Source of the DNA: Flaccisagitta enflata
Taxonomy: Eukaryota
DNA: 64,000 nt
Reading direction: 5' to 3'
Assembly: GCA_965153355.1 (NCBI GenBank)
Contig: OZ231126.1
Span: forward strand, 558,001-622,000
In this document: positions 1-24,192 of the stretch, piece by piece
Layout of the letters: the number at the start of each line of letters is the position of its first letter
Position numbering within the stretch: position 1 is the first letter of the stretch
Program-made: the position numbers and the translations under genes
The notes under the pieces: model-generated
Seen by the model: the letters and a program-made list of their open reading frames with translations, nothing else
The model's database searches: none
Told to the model about the DNA's origin: nothing

Positions 1-195
1 AAGTTACCAAATCTGAATGTTACTATGCAACTGAGATACATTGTTGCAACATACCAAATCTGAATGTTACTATGCAACTGATATTCACCATTGCAAGTTA
101 CCAAACCTGAATGTTACTATGCAACTGAGATACCTTGTTGCAACATACCAAACCTGAATGTTACTATGCAACTGATATACATTGTTGCAACTTAC

Positions 196-198
<3 letters not shown>
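1..198. repeat. 47-bp minisatellite, at least 4 units, continuing off the window
   Basis: ccaa anchors at 7, 54, 101, 148 and 195. Confidence 0.9.
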
Positions 199-9615
<9,417 letters not shown>

Positions 9616-9622
9616 CTGTAGG

Positions 9623-9811
<189 letters not shown>

Positions 9812-11484
9812 GGAGAATCAGTAAAATACAAATTTATACAACAATTTTCTTGTAAAGCACCAAAGCAAACATCACAGGTTGCCTATCACGGAATTTACAG
9901 CTTCCTTCTCTAAGAAAACAATATCAAATAAATGAGATGGCTGATTTTTACCCTAAAAAGGGCTGTATCTTGATAACTAGGTTGAAAATACAAAATTGCC
10001 TTGATGGCGGGAATTGAATTGGGACAAGTTGTGGGGCACCAACTTTATTGTCCGTTTGGTAGAAACCATTTCGGCTGCAGGTAGGGGTGCTAGCGATTTC
10101 GACGGCCCCTCTCACTGTAATATCATTGGTTTTGTAATAATTGAAACAAAATCATAATTCATGAGTGATGCTTTATATCTGTATTTCTTTGAACATGATC
10201 AATTTGATAAGAGCATAAACACGAAAACCTGAAAATGTCAGCAAAAAATATGCTGACACGCACAATCGAAATAACTATAGTACAGCAGGAGTTGAAACAC
10301 ATTCCGGTAATTAACCCTGTTCGTCCACCAGTATGGTCCCGTGCGGTCTTGATTTGGCCCTCACTAAACACACTCTTAAGTTTGCCTCGCCCTTCCTATA
10401 ACGCATCCAAAACCAAAACGTGCTCACAAGTAACAAAAATATGCAGGCCTGTCTATGAGTTTTCCCCTCCCCTGGAGGGGGGGGGGCGGGAGATCGAACG
10501 ATTTGGAGATGGGGAAGGGAATCAAAGAGGGAATAAGGCCAGATACACGGCCACCAGTTGCAGACGGGTGGGCAGGGGCGGAAATGCGGTTTTTCCTGCC
10601 AGCTCGAGCGTGATGACCAACGACCAACCAACCAACCAACCAACCAACGGACAGTTATTCTTATAGAGTTGCGTGTCCGCAAATTAAAAGAGAAAAAAAA
10701 AAAAAGAAAATTTGGGGAAAATATAATTTTTTGCAGTACCAAATCATAAAAAACTGATTAGTAAAACACTATTTAACACTCCTTCAACCTTAAATACACT
10801 GTTTCATGGTCTTAGGGGGCAGAAAATCATTGATTTTTAAATGCGCCATGACTCATTGCGGGGAAGAAATTTAAAGGCGGGGGTGGGGGAGGGGGATCAA
10901 GGGCGACTCAATTATAGACACCCCTTCAATAACATTGATTGCATTAAATGGTTGTTTCAACAAAAAGCCATTATATCTTTGGCACAAATCCAAAACCGCA
11001 ACTGTATCCTCAACCCAATACCTAACTATTACGCCACCCCTTACCCTACTTAAATTTCCCCGGTAACCCACCGCGCGAATGTAACATTTGGCCAAAACAA
11101 AATTCACATTAGTCTTCAACAAGTGATTCGGGCTCACAGTTACATCCCGGACACATGGACAGCGGCGTCCAACCCCCATCCTCACCTCACCCACCCCTTC
11201 TTAGGACAATCACATCAACAGTTCATAAATGCGCGTTTTCGCGATTTCAACTCAAGCGTGACAGACAAACAGATCGACGGACGGACAAAGTCTCTTTTAG
11301 TGTTGCGAGTCCGCAAGTAACAATTGAAAAACGATATTACACGGTACATCAAAGTCATATCCAATGCAATGTGTCTTTGACGCCGCGAACGACGTAGACG
11401 AGAGTTGCCCAATGTAGCGCACGTGACAAAGAAAGCCGCTAAATAACTTCTTATGTGCCAACCTGTACCTGTGTGTTTTTGCTA

Positions 11485-12138
11485 TAGTACCTTCCGAGCA
11501 CAACCGGCTAAAACTGGAGGATTAATTTTTGTAACTTTTTTTTTTATTTCTTTATCTTTGTTTTTTTTTATATAACTTAATTAAAGGATACTTAATTCCT
11601 TGAATATATTTGGCTGTTAAAAAAAAACTCCTGAAACCAAAGTCTATGAATATATCATTTTGAAGTGTTTTAACTCAGACTTGGCAGAAGTGTTTTAACT
11701 CAGATTTGGCAGAAGTATTCTAACTCAGATTTGGCAGAAAATATTACTTATCCTAGACAACATAAACACCTCAATCAGATAATCTTTACAGGTTCTACAG
11801 TTTTTATAAGTTTTTAAGGACAATTGTCTTAAAATAACTTAGGACAATTGTCTTTAAAAACTTTAAATGGCCATAAAATCTAAAATAATTATCTGATTGA
11901 ATTGTTCTTGTCTTGGTTAGGTAAAATTTTCTGCTGAATCCAATGGTCTCGGTTAAAACACTACAAGTTGATGACTTCATGCACTTTGAGTTCACATGTT
12001 TTTTTTTGACAGCAAGATATGTTCAAGGAATTGAGTATCTTTTAATTAAGTTGGATACAAAAATGAAGTTTTGAAAATAAGATTAAAATAATAAAAATTT
12101 ATCCTCTAGTTTTAGCCGGGTTTGCTCGGAAGGTACTG
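11485..12138. mobile_element. Tc1/mariner-like MITE
   Basis: Inverted ends agtaccttccgagca...tgctcggaaggtactg of about 45 bp, flanked by TA. Confidence 0.75.
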
Positions 12139-12404
12139 TATGCGTGTGGGTCAGTGTGGTCTGGTCTGCATGTCTGTCGGTTCAGGTAATATTTCTTTTT
12201 ACACACCGTTCTCAAAGTTTGAAAATCCACACGACATAACTTTGCTGTTGTCCTCACACGCCGCGACCATTAACGTGGATCCTGATGTCATATATGTGTG
12301 TGTGATTACTTTTGAGTCTAAGTGATAATTCCTCCGTGTATGTGCGCGTGTGCAAATATTCTGACGCTTTGCGAATAGTGTGAATTAATGTACATAGCGC
12401 TCTG

Positions 12405-12472
<68 letters not shown>

Positions 12473-12637
12473 GGAGATGCGGCGACAGTTGCTAATCCAC
12501 GGAACCAGCGAAATCTCCATTGCCTCGATGGAAAAGGCAGCACCTTTGCGTGTTTGGTCAAATGCGCGGTAATCCTTACTGTTAGATTTAGTAGCGATAC
12601 ATTATATCTGATACATTAAATCTGTTACGGTAATGTC

Positions 12638-13618
12638 CAGGCCTTAATCTAGAGCGTGCCCGCGTGCCCGTGGCACTCTGTTTTACTGTCGGGCACGCTG
12701 TTTTTGCTGATGGCGTGCCCGGCTGGCACTCTCTTATCACTTCAGGCTTACTAAATATCATCAAGATTGATTATTTTTATTTGATTGCTTAAAGAATATT
12801 CATTGATTCATTAGATTGATTCTTGGATATGTCCATCCATACATTCCCTCCATTCTTTTTTTTTTCTTACTTTCTTTCTTTTTTTCTTGCTTTTTTTCTT
12901 TGTTTCTTTGTTTCTTTATTTTTTTTTCTTTCTTTTTTTCTTTTTTTGTTTCTTTCCTTCTTTCTTTCTGTCATTCTTTCTCCCTTTCTTTTTTTCATTA
13001 ATAAATTTGATTGATTCTTTGCTTTGTCCATCCATCCATTTCGTCCTTCATTCTTTTTTTTCTCTTTCTTTCTTTCTTTTATTTATAAATTTGGTTGATT
13101 CTTTGATTTATTCATCCATGCATTCCCCTCTTCATTCTTTCTTTCTTCCTTTCTTTCTATCTTTCTTTCTTTATTACTTTCTTTTTTTTCTCACTTTATT
13201 TTTTCTTTCTTTTTTTTATAAAGTTGGTTATTTTTCCATTCAGTCATGCAGTAATTCATTCTTCCAAAAAAGAAATTGAATCCTTTGAATTTCTTTTATA
13301 AACCTAAAAATATTCCTAAATAACAACTCCTACAGGTAAATGAATTGTTGATCTCAGTTTCTTTCATTCACTCAATGGTTCATTAATTCATCCCTAATTG
13401 CTTAAATATGTTGATCAAACAATGGTTTACATGCAACAGCATTTGAATCATACCGCATTATGTTGCTGAGTGAATGCGCATAATTTTTTGTCTCATTGTA
13501 TGATGTGAATGGAAAATGAATTTGAAAACCGGGCATGCTCATTCTCTGTCGGGCACGCTAAAATTGTGAGGAGCGTGCCCGGCGTGCACGCTCTACAGAA
13601 TCACTAAATTAAGGCCTG
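12638..13618. mobile_element. hAT-like non-autonomous element
   Basis: TIR CAGGCCTTAAT/ATTAAGGCCTG, perfect 8-bp TSD gtaatgtc, subterminal cgtgccc motifs. Confidence 0.88.
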
Positions 13619-15868
13619 GTAATGTCAAATCGTTTCCAACTTATTGTTAGACTAGAAAGTCGCTTATGGATAGTAAGGAGCCTACTTGACTTTTTGGGAT
13701 GGAAATTTCCCCGGGTCTGCCCGTCTGGTTGCTGTCGGTGAGGGAGTCGATAGGTTCCGAGCTTTCCTCCATGTTGCTCATCATCATAAGTATCATCGCC
13801 GTTGTCTTCATCACCGTCGCATAAATTTATCACCGTTGTATTCATTACTGTCGTCTTCATCACCGTCATGCTAGTTGTTGTTTTCATCATCGTCGTTTTT
13901 TTCATTGTCGTCGTCGATATCATCTCATCACTCTTGCCAGCTCATGGCAACAGTGGAGGGTAGCAAATAAGCGGGGCATCGGGTCCCAATGTCAGACTCA
14001 AAATGACTAACTTTAATGATATTATCATGAATAGACACATGCATTTTTCTTCAGTTTTAACACGGCCAGAAACGTGCGGAGGCCAGAAACGTGCGGATCG
14101 GCAGGGGCAGTGATAGAGCATGGGGTTTTTGGGGGGAAGTGAAAATTTAAAAAATCTCATAAGCGTCGTCCGCCGGACGAATGGACAGATATAGCGTCAT
14201 ATAGCATGTGACTAAAAAGTTGATTTTAGCTTGAGCGTCCGACCGCAGGGATATCCAAATACACGTCCCGATGCCCCTTTTTAACTCGAGCAACTCGATT
14301 GCAGAGTTCTGGCGATCTAGCGCGTACTAATAGGCATACGGGAGGCCAAATTCCGTTGAAATGATAGTCATATTTTGCGAACAGATCAACTTTTTTTTTT
14401 GTCCCCTGCTGCGAAAGTCAATTCTAATTCACTACTCATCTCCGATTTTCTGGTGCTAGATTAAACTCAGTAAATTTGCGCCATCAGGCTGCGAAACTTT
14501 TTCTCGTGACCAGTTGAAAAAAAAATTCCGAGAGAGAATAAAAAATGCCGCTGGGGCCGAGATTGTTACTGTACTGACTAGATTCTCGCTCAGATTCTAC
14601 TGCCGGCTTGATTTGCCTGATGAGTAATATTTTTTTATATTTTTATTATGAAATATTTTTATTGAATATAATCATATAAAACCAGCAATTAGCATGTTTG
14701 GCGACAGCCACTGGTTTCTCGATTTTGCATACATTTCTCTCGCATACATTTCTCTCTTCATTATCATTTATCAACTCTAGTATGAACTGTATGAAGTCTC
14801 TCTGCTGCTTCCTCGTGTAAGTAATTACGTACTCATCTGTCATTGTCATTTAAAGTTTTAAACGCGACTTAAATTTGTTCATTTAAAGTTCTCGAGTCGT
14901 TCTCAATCTTCTCATCTTGTCAGATCTCTTCTCTTGAGGATTTTTAACTCGGTCTCAATTCTAAAAATCTCGACAAAGATGTAACACCCTCGATTTTCTC
15001 ACCCTCGATTTTCTGTTTATTCCAGTCACTGCACTCACAATCCTCTGCTTTAAATCCTTTTTGGGCAGCGGCCCTCTCAGACCAATATCTTGTAGAAGAA
15101 AAGATTGAATCTTAATATGAAAGTTAACCCACCCCCTTCCACCGAGGCTAGAATCCCCAATCTAGTTTCTCAAGACCTAAAACTTGGCATTTGGAGCATG
15201 AAGCTTGAAATAACCCCTCTCACCCCTGAAATCGGTCCTGAGATTAGTTCCACATATATATGTAAGCCCTCTCAGGCTCTAAATTAGTCCTCTCATGCCT
15301 GATTCCCATCTTATAGCATATAGGCTTGAAATCAATCCTCTGAAGTATGACCAAACCCTCCCAACTTTTCTCCGTTGGTCCGTCCGTTGGTCCGTTGGTC
15401 CGTTAGTCCGTTGGTCCGTAATCATTTATCACCTATACGAGGATTTTCTCAGAAAAACTCATCTTTTACTCCCTCTACCGTGTATCCGGCCTTGTTTTCT
15501 TTCTTCTTTGCCATTACCAAAAAAACGCAATCATGCGGAGGTACGGCTACCGCTGACCATATGGGGTCCTTGGATGACTTAATTTCATTCTTTTCGTTAT
15601 CGTTATTCTATGTATCTATCAATCAATCTATTCAACTATGATGTCAAACCATCTACCTTTTTCCCTCGCTTTTGGTGGTCGTGTCTGTCCATCAGTCGAT
15701 TGGTCGCAAAACTCCTGATTTGGTGTCAGTCATTTTCATTTCTATTACCTCGCATACATCCCCATTTTCTATTTCATGGCGTCGTACATTCATTAACTCA
15801 TTCAGTAATTCATTCAAAACGTACATACTCAGCTTTATACACCCCTGTAATGTATTCCTTTCCGTCTT

Positions 15869-15931
<63 letters not shown>

Positions 15932-15949
15932 CTTCTTTCTTTCTCTCTT

Positions 15950-16018
<69 letters not shown>

Positions 16019-16150
16019 TGACTTTTGTGCCGGAAGTTTGGTCTTGTTATTTCTGACAGTGAATCATTTCTTTTAAGTACTCGTTGAATTTCACGCTGGA
16101 TGAAGAGATGAGCATAAATGTGTGTATATGCGTGACTCGGGTGTGTATAA

Positions 16151-16995
16151 CGCTTGTCAGGATGCCTAGAATGGTGAAAACGATCTTTTCTATTTTGTAT
16201 AAAATTTCTTTATATAAATGCTATAGAATTTTAAAATCAATTAAGATCCACATTTAAAGTGAGCAAGAAATTAAACTGAGACAATTCCTATAAAAATCTT
16301 CTCATAAAATTTTTAGTCGCGTAGCACGCGACTTCTGTCGGTCCGTCCCTCTGCCCGTTGGTCCGTCGGTCCGTCCGTCCGTCAGTCCGTCACACTTTAC
16401 TTTTTCAGCGTTTTTGGGGGTTTTTGCGTTATTGCTCCTGCCCAAATGTTCCACTGACCTCAATTATGGCCCCTGCCCACCGCACGCGACTGGGGTAGCC
16501 GTGTATCCGGCCTTGTTTTATTAATTCTTTATTTTCATTATTTTTTGAAATTTCAACTAGACTATCTTTATAATTCTGGATTGATTTGAAATTCTTCAAC
16601 TGCATATTTAAATGTTTTCATGAAAGAATAAAACAATTACTGTATTTTCTCCAATTAGCGCCCGGAGCGCTTAAAAAATTATCTGTTTTACCTTCTAATT
16701 AGCGCCCTTTGTAGCTTATCAGACGAAGAATATGATTTTGAAAAATAAAGTGAAATAAAAAATATAGAGTAGAAAATGATGAAATTATGTGATTTTAACA
16801 GAAAAATCCACATAGGAAATTCAAAAAAATAAAGAATGCAATGAAAACCTGTATATATGATAATTTTCAATAAAAAAGTTATTAGTTGAAATAAAAATTA
16901 TTTTTCAAAAGAGGCGGCGTTAATTAGAGGAGGGGCGCTAATTAGAGGAAATACGGTAAGGTACTTTTTCACCATTCTAGGCATCATGACAGGCG
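16151..16995. mobile_element. Inverted-repeat-bounded element with a nested DINE-like copy
   Basis: cgcttgtcaggatgcctagaatggtgaaaa pairs with ttttcaccattctaggcatcatgacaggcg; TSD not resolved. Confidence 0.55.
16311..16519 (+). mobile_element. DINE-1/Helentron-like (HINE) non-autonomous repeat, representative copy
   Basis: T-run, AGTCGCGT..ACGCGACT hairpin, (GTCC/GTCG)n tract, second CACGCGACT, 3' stem-loop GCCGTGTATCCGGC, then CTTGTTT. Confidence 0.75.
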
Positions 16996-17589
16996 CAGTG
17001 TGTGTGCTTTGCAGACTAATCTTTGATTCATTTTCCATTATTTGCTTCTGGTTTCCGCCGCTTGCACTCGCATGACCTCGGTAAAGTGTACTCAGCTCTG
17101 AAGACTCTACCAAGTTCGCGAGGGAAGGGAAGGTGTGTCACTCAGATATCGACTTACAATCAGCGTTTACTTTCATCCTCATCAGCTTGAAACCGAAATT
17201 AACATGTTAAACTGACATCTGTTTTTCTTAGGTTATAATGGAGATGTCCGAAATACGAACACTAACGTGCCTGTCATCTTAAACTCAAAGTCCAGTTTTC
17301 ATTCGCGGACTCGCGGTTCAGTGTACTGCTTTGCCCGTCCTTTTGTTAGTCAGTCAGTCAGTCCACGCTTGAAATTGGAAGAAAAACGTTTCGCCTGCAA
17401 ACGTTGTCCACGGAAGGGGTTGTGCGCCATCCGCCCCACCCGTCCGCCATGGTATTGTAACCCCGCGTTACGTATTTGTCTCTCTCTAATCTTTTACTCT
17501 GGGTCGTGACGAACCCTCTGCTCCGTCTCTTACATAATCTCAACATTCAACTTCGAACCGATTTGCACTTTTATACAACTTTTTAATCC

Positions 17590-17677
<88 letters not shown>

Positions 17678-19177
17678 TAAACGTCACCCCCGAGGCCAGG
17701 CTCCTCATCGCCTTCGACAAGAAAGGATTTTGACCCATAAAATCGGCTATTCAAACGCAAAGCGAGATCAGTAAAACTAAAAGAACAAAAACAGCAAGAA
17801 AATGAAAAGAATTTGACGCAATTTTACCTTCGGGAGACAAAAAAGCGATTTAGGATCGTTTGTAAAACATTTTTCACTCTCGAGTTGCTTTGCCTTTTGG
17901 GGAGAATAGGAATAATAACTCTGGAAAAAAGAAAAGAAGAAATAAAAAAAATTAGGTTCGCATTAATTTTTGAATGAAGAAAAAAGAAAAAGAAAACGAA
18001 AGAAAACGCATAAGAATTAAGAATGAGAGCAAGATCAGCTTTTTTTGCCCTTTGTTGATTAAATACTTCGCGAGTCCCGTCTTCAAGTTGGCTGGATAGT
18101 CCGGTTGCAAAAAAAAAAAACAGTTTTCTTTCCGTCGTATGTAAGCCTCGTGCTACGCGTCCTTTTCATCCTCTAACCGTCATTGTTGTTGTTTTTTTAG
18201 TCGCGTGCTACGCGACTCTATGAACCACTTTTCGGTCGGTCCGTCGGTCCGTCGGTAGGTCGGTCTAACACAAATCTGTTTTAAAGGCTTTTTGAAGTGT
18301 GCTTATGTCTCTGTATGGTAGACAAAAAACTTTGTGGAGTAACAGTCATTTAAAATATGTCTTTGAAAAATGCTTGTCTGTCTGCTGCATGACTTTCTTT
18401 GCAAGTGCCGACGCACGCGACTTATGTTTTTTTTTCGAGTCACATTGCTACCGAAGCTCAGCTCAGTTCATTTGAATACCATCTGGCCCACTGCCCACAA
18501 TTTTGTTTCCCACTGCCCACAATTTTGTTTTAGTTTCTTATCTAAAACATAAATTTTATTCAATTTTTTACAGAAATATGGGTTGTTTTTCTTGAAAAAT
18601 AATTTCTTTTTTTAGTTAGGCTTTGAAATCAGGCATTATATTAAAAAAAAAAACATGATAATGCTCAAGTTCAAAATACAACTGTTCCAAATAAGGTTTG
18701 TATATACAATTTATATATATATGAACATAGAAGAAATTAAGAACACTTTAAAGAGAATTTCAGGCTGAAAACGGCCTAAAATTTAACGACACCCAGGCTG
18801 AGTTCAAAAAAGTTGTCTCCTTATATAAAAAAAAGTAACACAAATGGGAGTCAGCCATCGAGTTGAACGACAAAACTCAACCGACATTTAGTTGACTGTA
18901 TCATATTCGAAAACAATCCGTCCCTCTGTTCAGCTGTACTGCTTCAAAGCCTTGACGATCTTTTCGCAAATGGCATTTATCATAATGGCATTTATCATAG
19001 ATTATCATTTATTGCAATAAGTTTATCATATTTCTCCCTTTTTTTTCTTTTCTTCAGGAATATCATCTTTATTCTTTCCCCTCGCGCGGCCGCCTAGTTG
19101 GAGCTTGGAAAATGTGACATCTTCCGTCGTCGGATGAATAAGAAGCAGCAGCAGCAACATCGACAGCAGTAGCCGCG

Positions 19178-21522
19178 ATGTTGACGTCCTTCGAACCGGA
19201 ACTGTCTCCTCCCGCCACTGCCACTTCGTTATTAACTTCTTCAGCTACGTCGTCGTCCTCCTCTTCGCCGGTTGCCGCGGCTGCGACCGCCGAGTCGGAT
19301 CGCGACAGCGGTGGCGGTGGTGTTGGCGGTGGCGTTGGCATATCCGGCATCGGCGTTTCTCATGTCGATGATGAAGCGCTGTTCCGATCTCTTTCTTCAG
19401 CGGTGGACAAAATCGTCAAGGACACGTTGAGGGAAGAGGAGGAGGAGGAAGAGGAGGAAGATGAAGTGGTAGACAATGCCAACCAAGCGGGGAAGGGCCT
19501 TGTAAGGCAGGTGCCGGAAGGTTCAGTCTTGAATTATGAGAAGAATGGCGATGTAACTATGTTCGACGGTCGCTCTCATCCACCATCAATATCATTATCA
19601 TCGTCGTCGTCGTCCTCGTCGTCGTCGAAATCACCAAACGGCTACAAAGCGACGCCGCCTTCGACGCTTTTAGCGCCATCTTTGACTAACGCCGCATCGA
19701 CGTGCAACAAATTTCCTCGCCTCCTCGATTGCTGCAATTGTTTATCTTCCTCTTGTAGCGCTTCTTTAGTTAGTAAGAATCTCAATAATGACGAGCCATC
19801 AACGGACTCGATCCGGCCGACGCGCGCCGAAGCGATGCCGCCTGCGGCGTTATCGTCATCGTCGTTATCGTCGTCGACAGCCGACGTTTGTCGCACCGGC
19901 GGCGTGACAAAAGACGACGAAAATGACGATGTCGACGAAGGAAAATTCGACAATGTCTGCGCTACGGAGTGTGACTGTGGAAAAAACGCTCCTTGCCACG
20001 CTATCCGCAACTGCGCCCAACGGAAACATGACGATATGAATGACGCTTCTTTACCCTCTGCGACATCCTTTCCTACTTCTTGTGCCTTTTGGTTGTATTT
20101 ACAAAATCACTTCCATCAACAACATCAACAACAGAAAAACAATGAAAACCGGAATCATCCTATTCATCATTATCATAATCATCATCGTTGTCATCACCAT
20201 CACTGTCGAGACGACTCCGCGATGAATCATCAATGTTGTCCCAAAACGGCGCAGAGTAAAGCTCCCATTAATCCTACCGCCGCAATCTCTTCGTCCACTT
20301 CCTCCAAGTGCAATGTACTTCCTCAAACCGTTCGCCCAACCGTTGACGAAACGGATGACAATATCATTAATGACGACGATGACGTAGACGGTCAGTCGCG
20401 CACCTACAAGCGAGCTCGCGCAAAATCCGGTTCTTTGCAATTAGACACAAATCATCATGATCATCATCATCATCATCGACATGAGGCAAAGGCCTGTTCC
20501 TCTAACCATGTAGCTAATTACTGCCACCAACGCAATACCACTAATTCGGCCGCCGCCGCCTCCTCAGGGAATTTGCCATCATCTCATTCATGCAGTTGCT
20601 GTCGTTGTTGTTGTTCTTCCTCCTCTTCATCACAACCTTCTATCCAGTCGGGTCCACGATCTTTACTTTCTTGCATCTCTTCCTCCGCCTCAACTTCTGC
20701 ACATTATCAGCCCCACAATCTCCGTCATTCTCGTCATCCTCATCATCATTACCACACAACGTCCAACTCGTGCTTGTCGTCGTCGTCGTCTTCTAGTTCC
20801 TCCTCCGCCATCGATTCGCCCTCGCCATCTTCGCTGTCGTCATCGGACGTTTCTTCGCCAGCATCCGGCATCGAAGTGGAGCTTTCGACGACCGAGTTGA
20901 AAGACCTCTTAGTGACCGTCGTGGATCGACCGGCGACGCCGTCAGTGGACGAGGGACTGCACAGCGGATCGGAAGCGAGCAGCGATCTCGGCAGTAACAG
21001 CGGCGGCGACGGCGGCGGTTGTGACTCACCCGTCAATTCACCGTCGGCGTTTCGAAGAGACGAAGACGACGATATGGTTGTATGCGCCGACGACGGCGAT
21101 GGATGTTGCTTCAAGAGACACGCTGAGGAGGAACATAAAATTCTCGACAATGCTGAAAACCTTCGCGCTTCTTCTTCTTCCTCCGAGTCCGTTGAACCTT
21201 CGCCCTCGTTATGTTACTCCCTCGTCGGCGACAACGATGATGACGGACAAAGGAAAGGCCAGCAACCTCGCAGTGGCAGTGACGCTTTAACCAGTGCGAA
21301 GTTGACCAATTTTGACCCCACGCGACTGCTGATTCGATCGCCATCTTTCTCCGCCACTTCCGCTTCGTCGTCGTCATCGTCTTCGTCATCGTCTTCGACG
21401 TCGTCGTCGTCCACGACGCCGCGCAATGGCCTCATTCATCCTTTGTCTTCTTCCTCTTCCTCAAATTTCGCGTGCTCCGATGAATCGAGTCGCGAAGCGC
21501 CGGGAGTTCTGGACATGAAAAG
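19178..21522 (+). CDS. AEBP2-like first coding exon (low-complexity N-terminus)
   Basis: Acceptor ttcttcag ends at 19058, ATG at 19178, about 780 open codons rich in S/H/D/C, donor AG|gtgtgt. Confidence 0.82.
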
Positions 21523-23660
21523 GTGTGTGTTCTTGTTGGCAACTTGGCATACATGTAAGAGACAGGGTTTGAGATGTTTTTCCAGATTACGATAAAATTG
21601 TCATTGTTTTTTTTTTATGTCATGTCCTTGATAATGCGACGGTTTCTTTGCCACGTTATTTTCAATAGTTTGTTTTTACTTGTCAGACGTCTTTGTTGCT
21701 ACGCGTCGTTATTTTGTGGTTATTGTCACTTGTCTGAAGCTGAATCCAGTTGTTGTTGTTGTTAATGTTGTTGTTGTTGCATGAAATTTCTGTCTGTCAA
21801 TCTTTGGTCGTGCTTTGTCTGTATTGATTGTTGTCGTTGGCACTTACGTATCAGGTTTATCTCTTTGTCATTTCCATTTGTGAGGTCCCTGTTCTCACTT
21901 GTCAGGGTCAACTTGTCATTTGTCAGTACATATTAGCTTATTGCTGCTGTTGTTGCTTTTGCGGGTCATTTTTTGTTCCTTTTTGTGAACCCATGATACT
22001 TCATTTATTCGAACCAACTTATTTTTTTTTAATAACTTATTCATTACAGCTTGAAATTGGTGAGTGCGGGCTCGACTTCGGGGGAGCGAGGTTCGTCTCC
22101 AACTTCATCTTGCTCCAACGCAACCACACCTTCATTTCCAGGTACATATCCGCCCAAGAAGCTTGCAGGCAACATTATGTCTCGATCAAAACTAGCAACC
22201 GCAACTCCACAACACTCATTCAATGTAGCTACAGTACGATGGGAGCAATGATGACTCAGACTGTAGGATAGATTTTAAGTATCCTGATTATATTTATATT
22301 ATCAAATATTTTAGATCTTAGTTAATTAAAGGTTGCTTTATTGAGTGAAAATATTTGCGTCTCTCAAACTGCAACTTGCAACTTGATCTCATCAAGACTT
22401 CATTTTTAAAAAATTTTAACCTATCCGAATAGATCGGGTGGAAAATTTTATACGGTTTTGAAAAAAAATCAGCTTATTTGGTTCATTTTTACAGGTTTTA
22501 TAGCCATTTTAAGTTTTGCTCTAAAATTAATTTGCATAATTTTTGTTTATGAAAGATAACTGAAAAACCTGTATAAATGGTTCGATTCAGCTGATTTTTT
22601 TTCAAACATTTAAAAATTTTTTTGCTCAATCTGATGAAATATGTTAGAACTTTGTGAAATGAAATCTTGATGAGGTCAAGTCAAAAATTGAAATTTAAGA
22701 AACGCAAATGCATTCACTCAATAAAACAACTTTTAATTAGCCTAGATCTTAAATATTTTACGATATAGATGTAATTAGGTTACCTAACATCTATCCTCCA
22801 GTCTAGGTCTTCATTGCTCCCATCGTACTGTACCTAATATTTTTTTTTTTTCACGCTTGTTGATATTGACAGTCGTCGGTTGAGGCACTGTGCCAAGGTC
22901 CACCAATTTTTTTTCAAAGTTGTCATTGAGTATAATGAGTCTGATGTTTGAGGTTGGTACCCGATTTTCCCGAACAGATTCGTTGAGTCGACAAACTTCT
23001 TCTCGACGTTGCTCCGAATCCTCGAGTGGATCGTCGGCTTTCGCCGGCGGCGACTCTACTTCCGGTCTGACGCTTCCCAATTCGGCCTCGACGCATCTCA
23101 CCTTCCCGGCTGTGAATCGTACCGCAGTCACTTGCAGGTCTGGCCTGGGATTTTTATTGAATTTGCTTTTTGTTGATGTTGCACTAAGCCTATGAAGTTT
23201 TCAATTACATCTACTGTGGGGCCGGTCCGTGTGAGATAGTGCGAGTTAGCGAGAGAGAGTTTTAGAGCGTTATTGCGTGATGACGAGAGAGCGAGGGATT
23301 GATCAAGTGCTATTGGAAGAAAGAAGTAGACGAGGCTGTAAACAGAGACACAATGTGGTGCTCGCTCTAATGTAGTAACGTACATCAAACATGTCTCCCC
23401 ATTCTTTTCGATGGAATGTTTCACAGATGGGAAAATTGCGAATTCGAATGTCCGGACAATCCCACGTTGCTCGATCATCTCAGGAACAAGCACGTCGACC
23501 CTCAAGTAAGTCAACGAATGTCAAGATTCAAACAGGTCTATTTTCCTCGTAGGCAGACATAGGACAAAACATTTGGTTGATAACAATGAGGAAGGACCAC
23601 ACTTATAAGCAAAACCATTGATTTACGATTAAGTTTACAAAATTCGATAAAATGCGAATG

Positions 23661-23743
<83 letters not shown>

Positions 23744-23744
23744 A

Positions 23745-23779
<35 letters not shown>

Positions 23780-23780
23780 A

Positions 23781-23833
<53 letters not shown>

Positions 23834-24161
23834 AATGATGATGATGATGAAAATGATGATGATGATGAAAATGATGATGATGATGAAAATGATGATGATG
23901 ATGAAAATGATGATGATGATGAAAATGATGATGATGATGAAAATGATGATGATGATGAAAATGATGATGATGATGAAAATGATGATGATGATGAGAATGA
24001 GTATGATGATGAGAATGAGGATGATGATGATGAGAATGAGGATGATGATGATGAGAATGAGGATGATGATGATGAGAATGAGGATGATGATGATGAGAAT
24101 GAGGATGATGATGATGAGAATGAGGATGATGATGATGAGAATGAGGATGATGATGATGATG

Positions 24162-24192
<31 letters not shown>

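Noticed and set aside
9830-12320. CUB-domain-like nested gene on the minus strand
   Set aside because: Only vague resemblance (TSGSTLMV...GF; QFPPSRQFCIFNL), and no consistent in-phase exon chain could be built.
22811-23514. Minus-strand ORFs of 106 and 128 aa
   Set aside because: Antisense shadows of AEBP2 exons 22978-23137 and 23427-23505.
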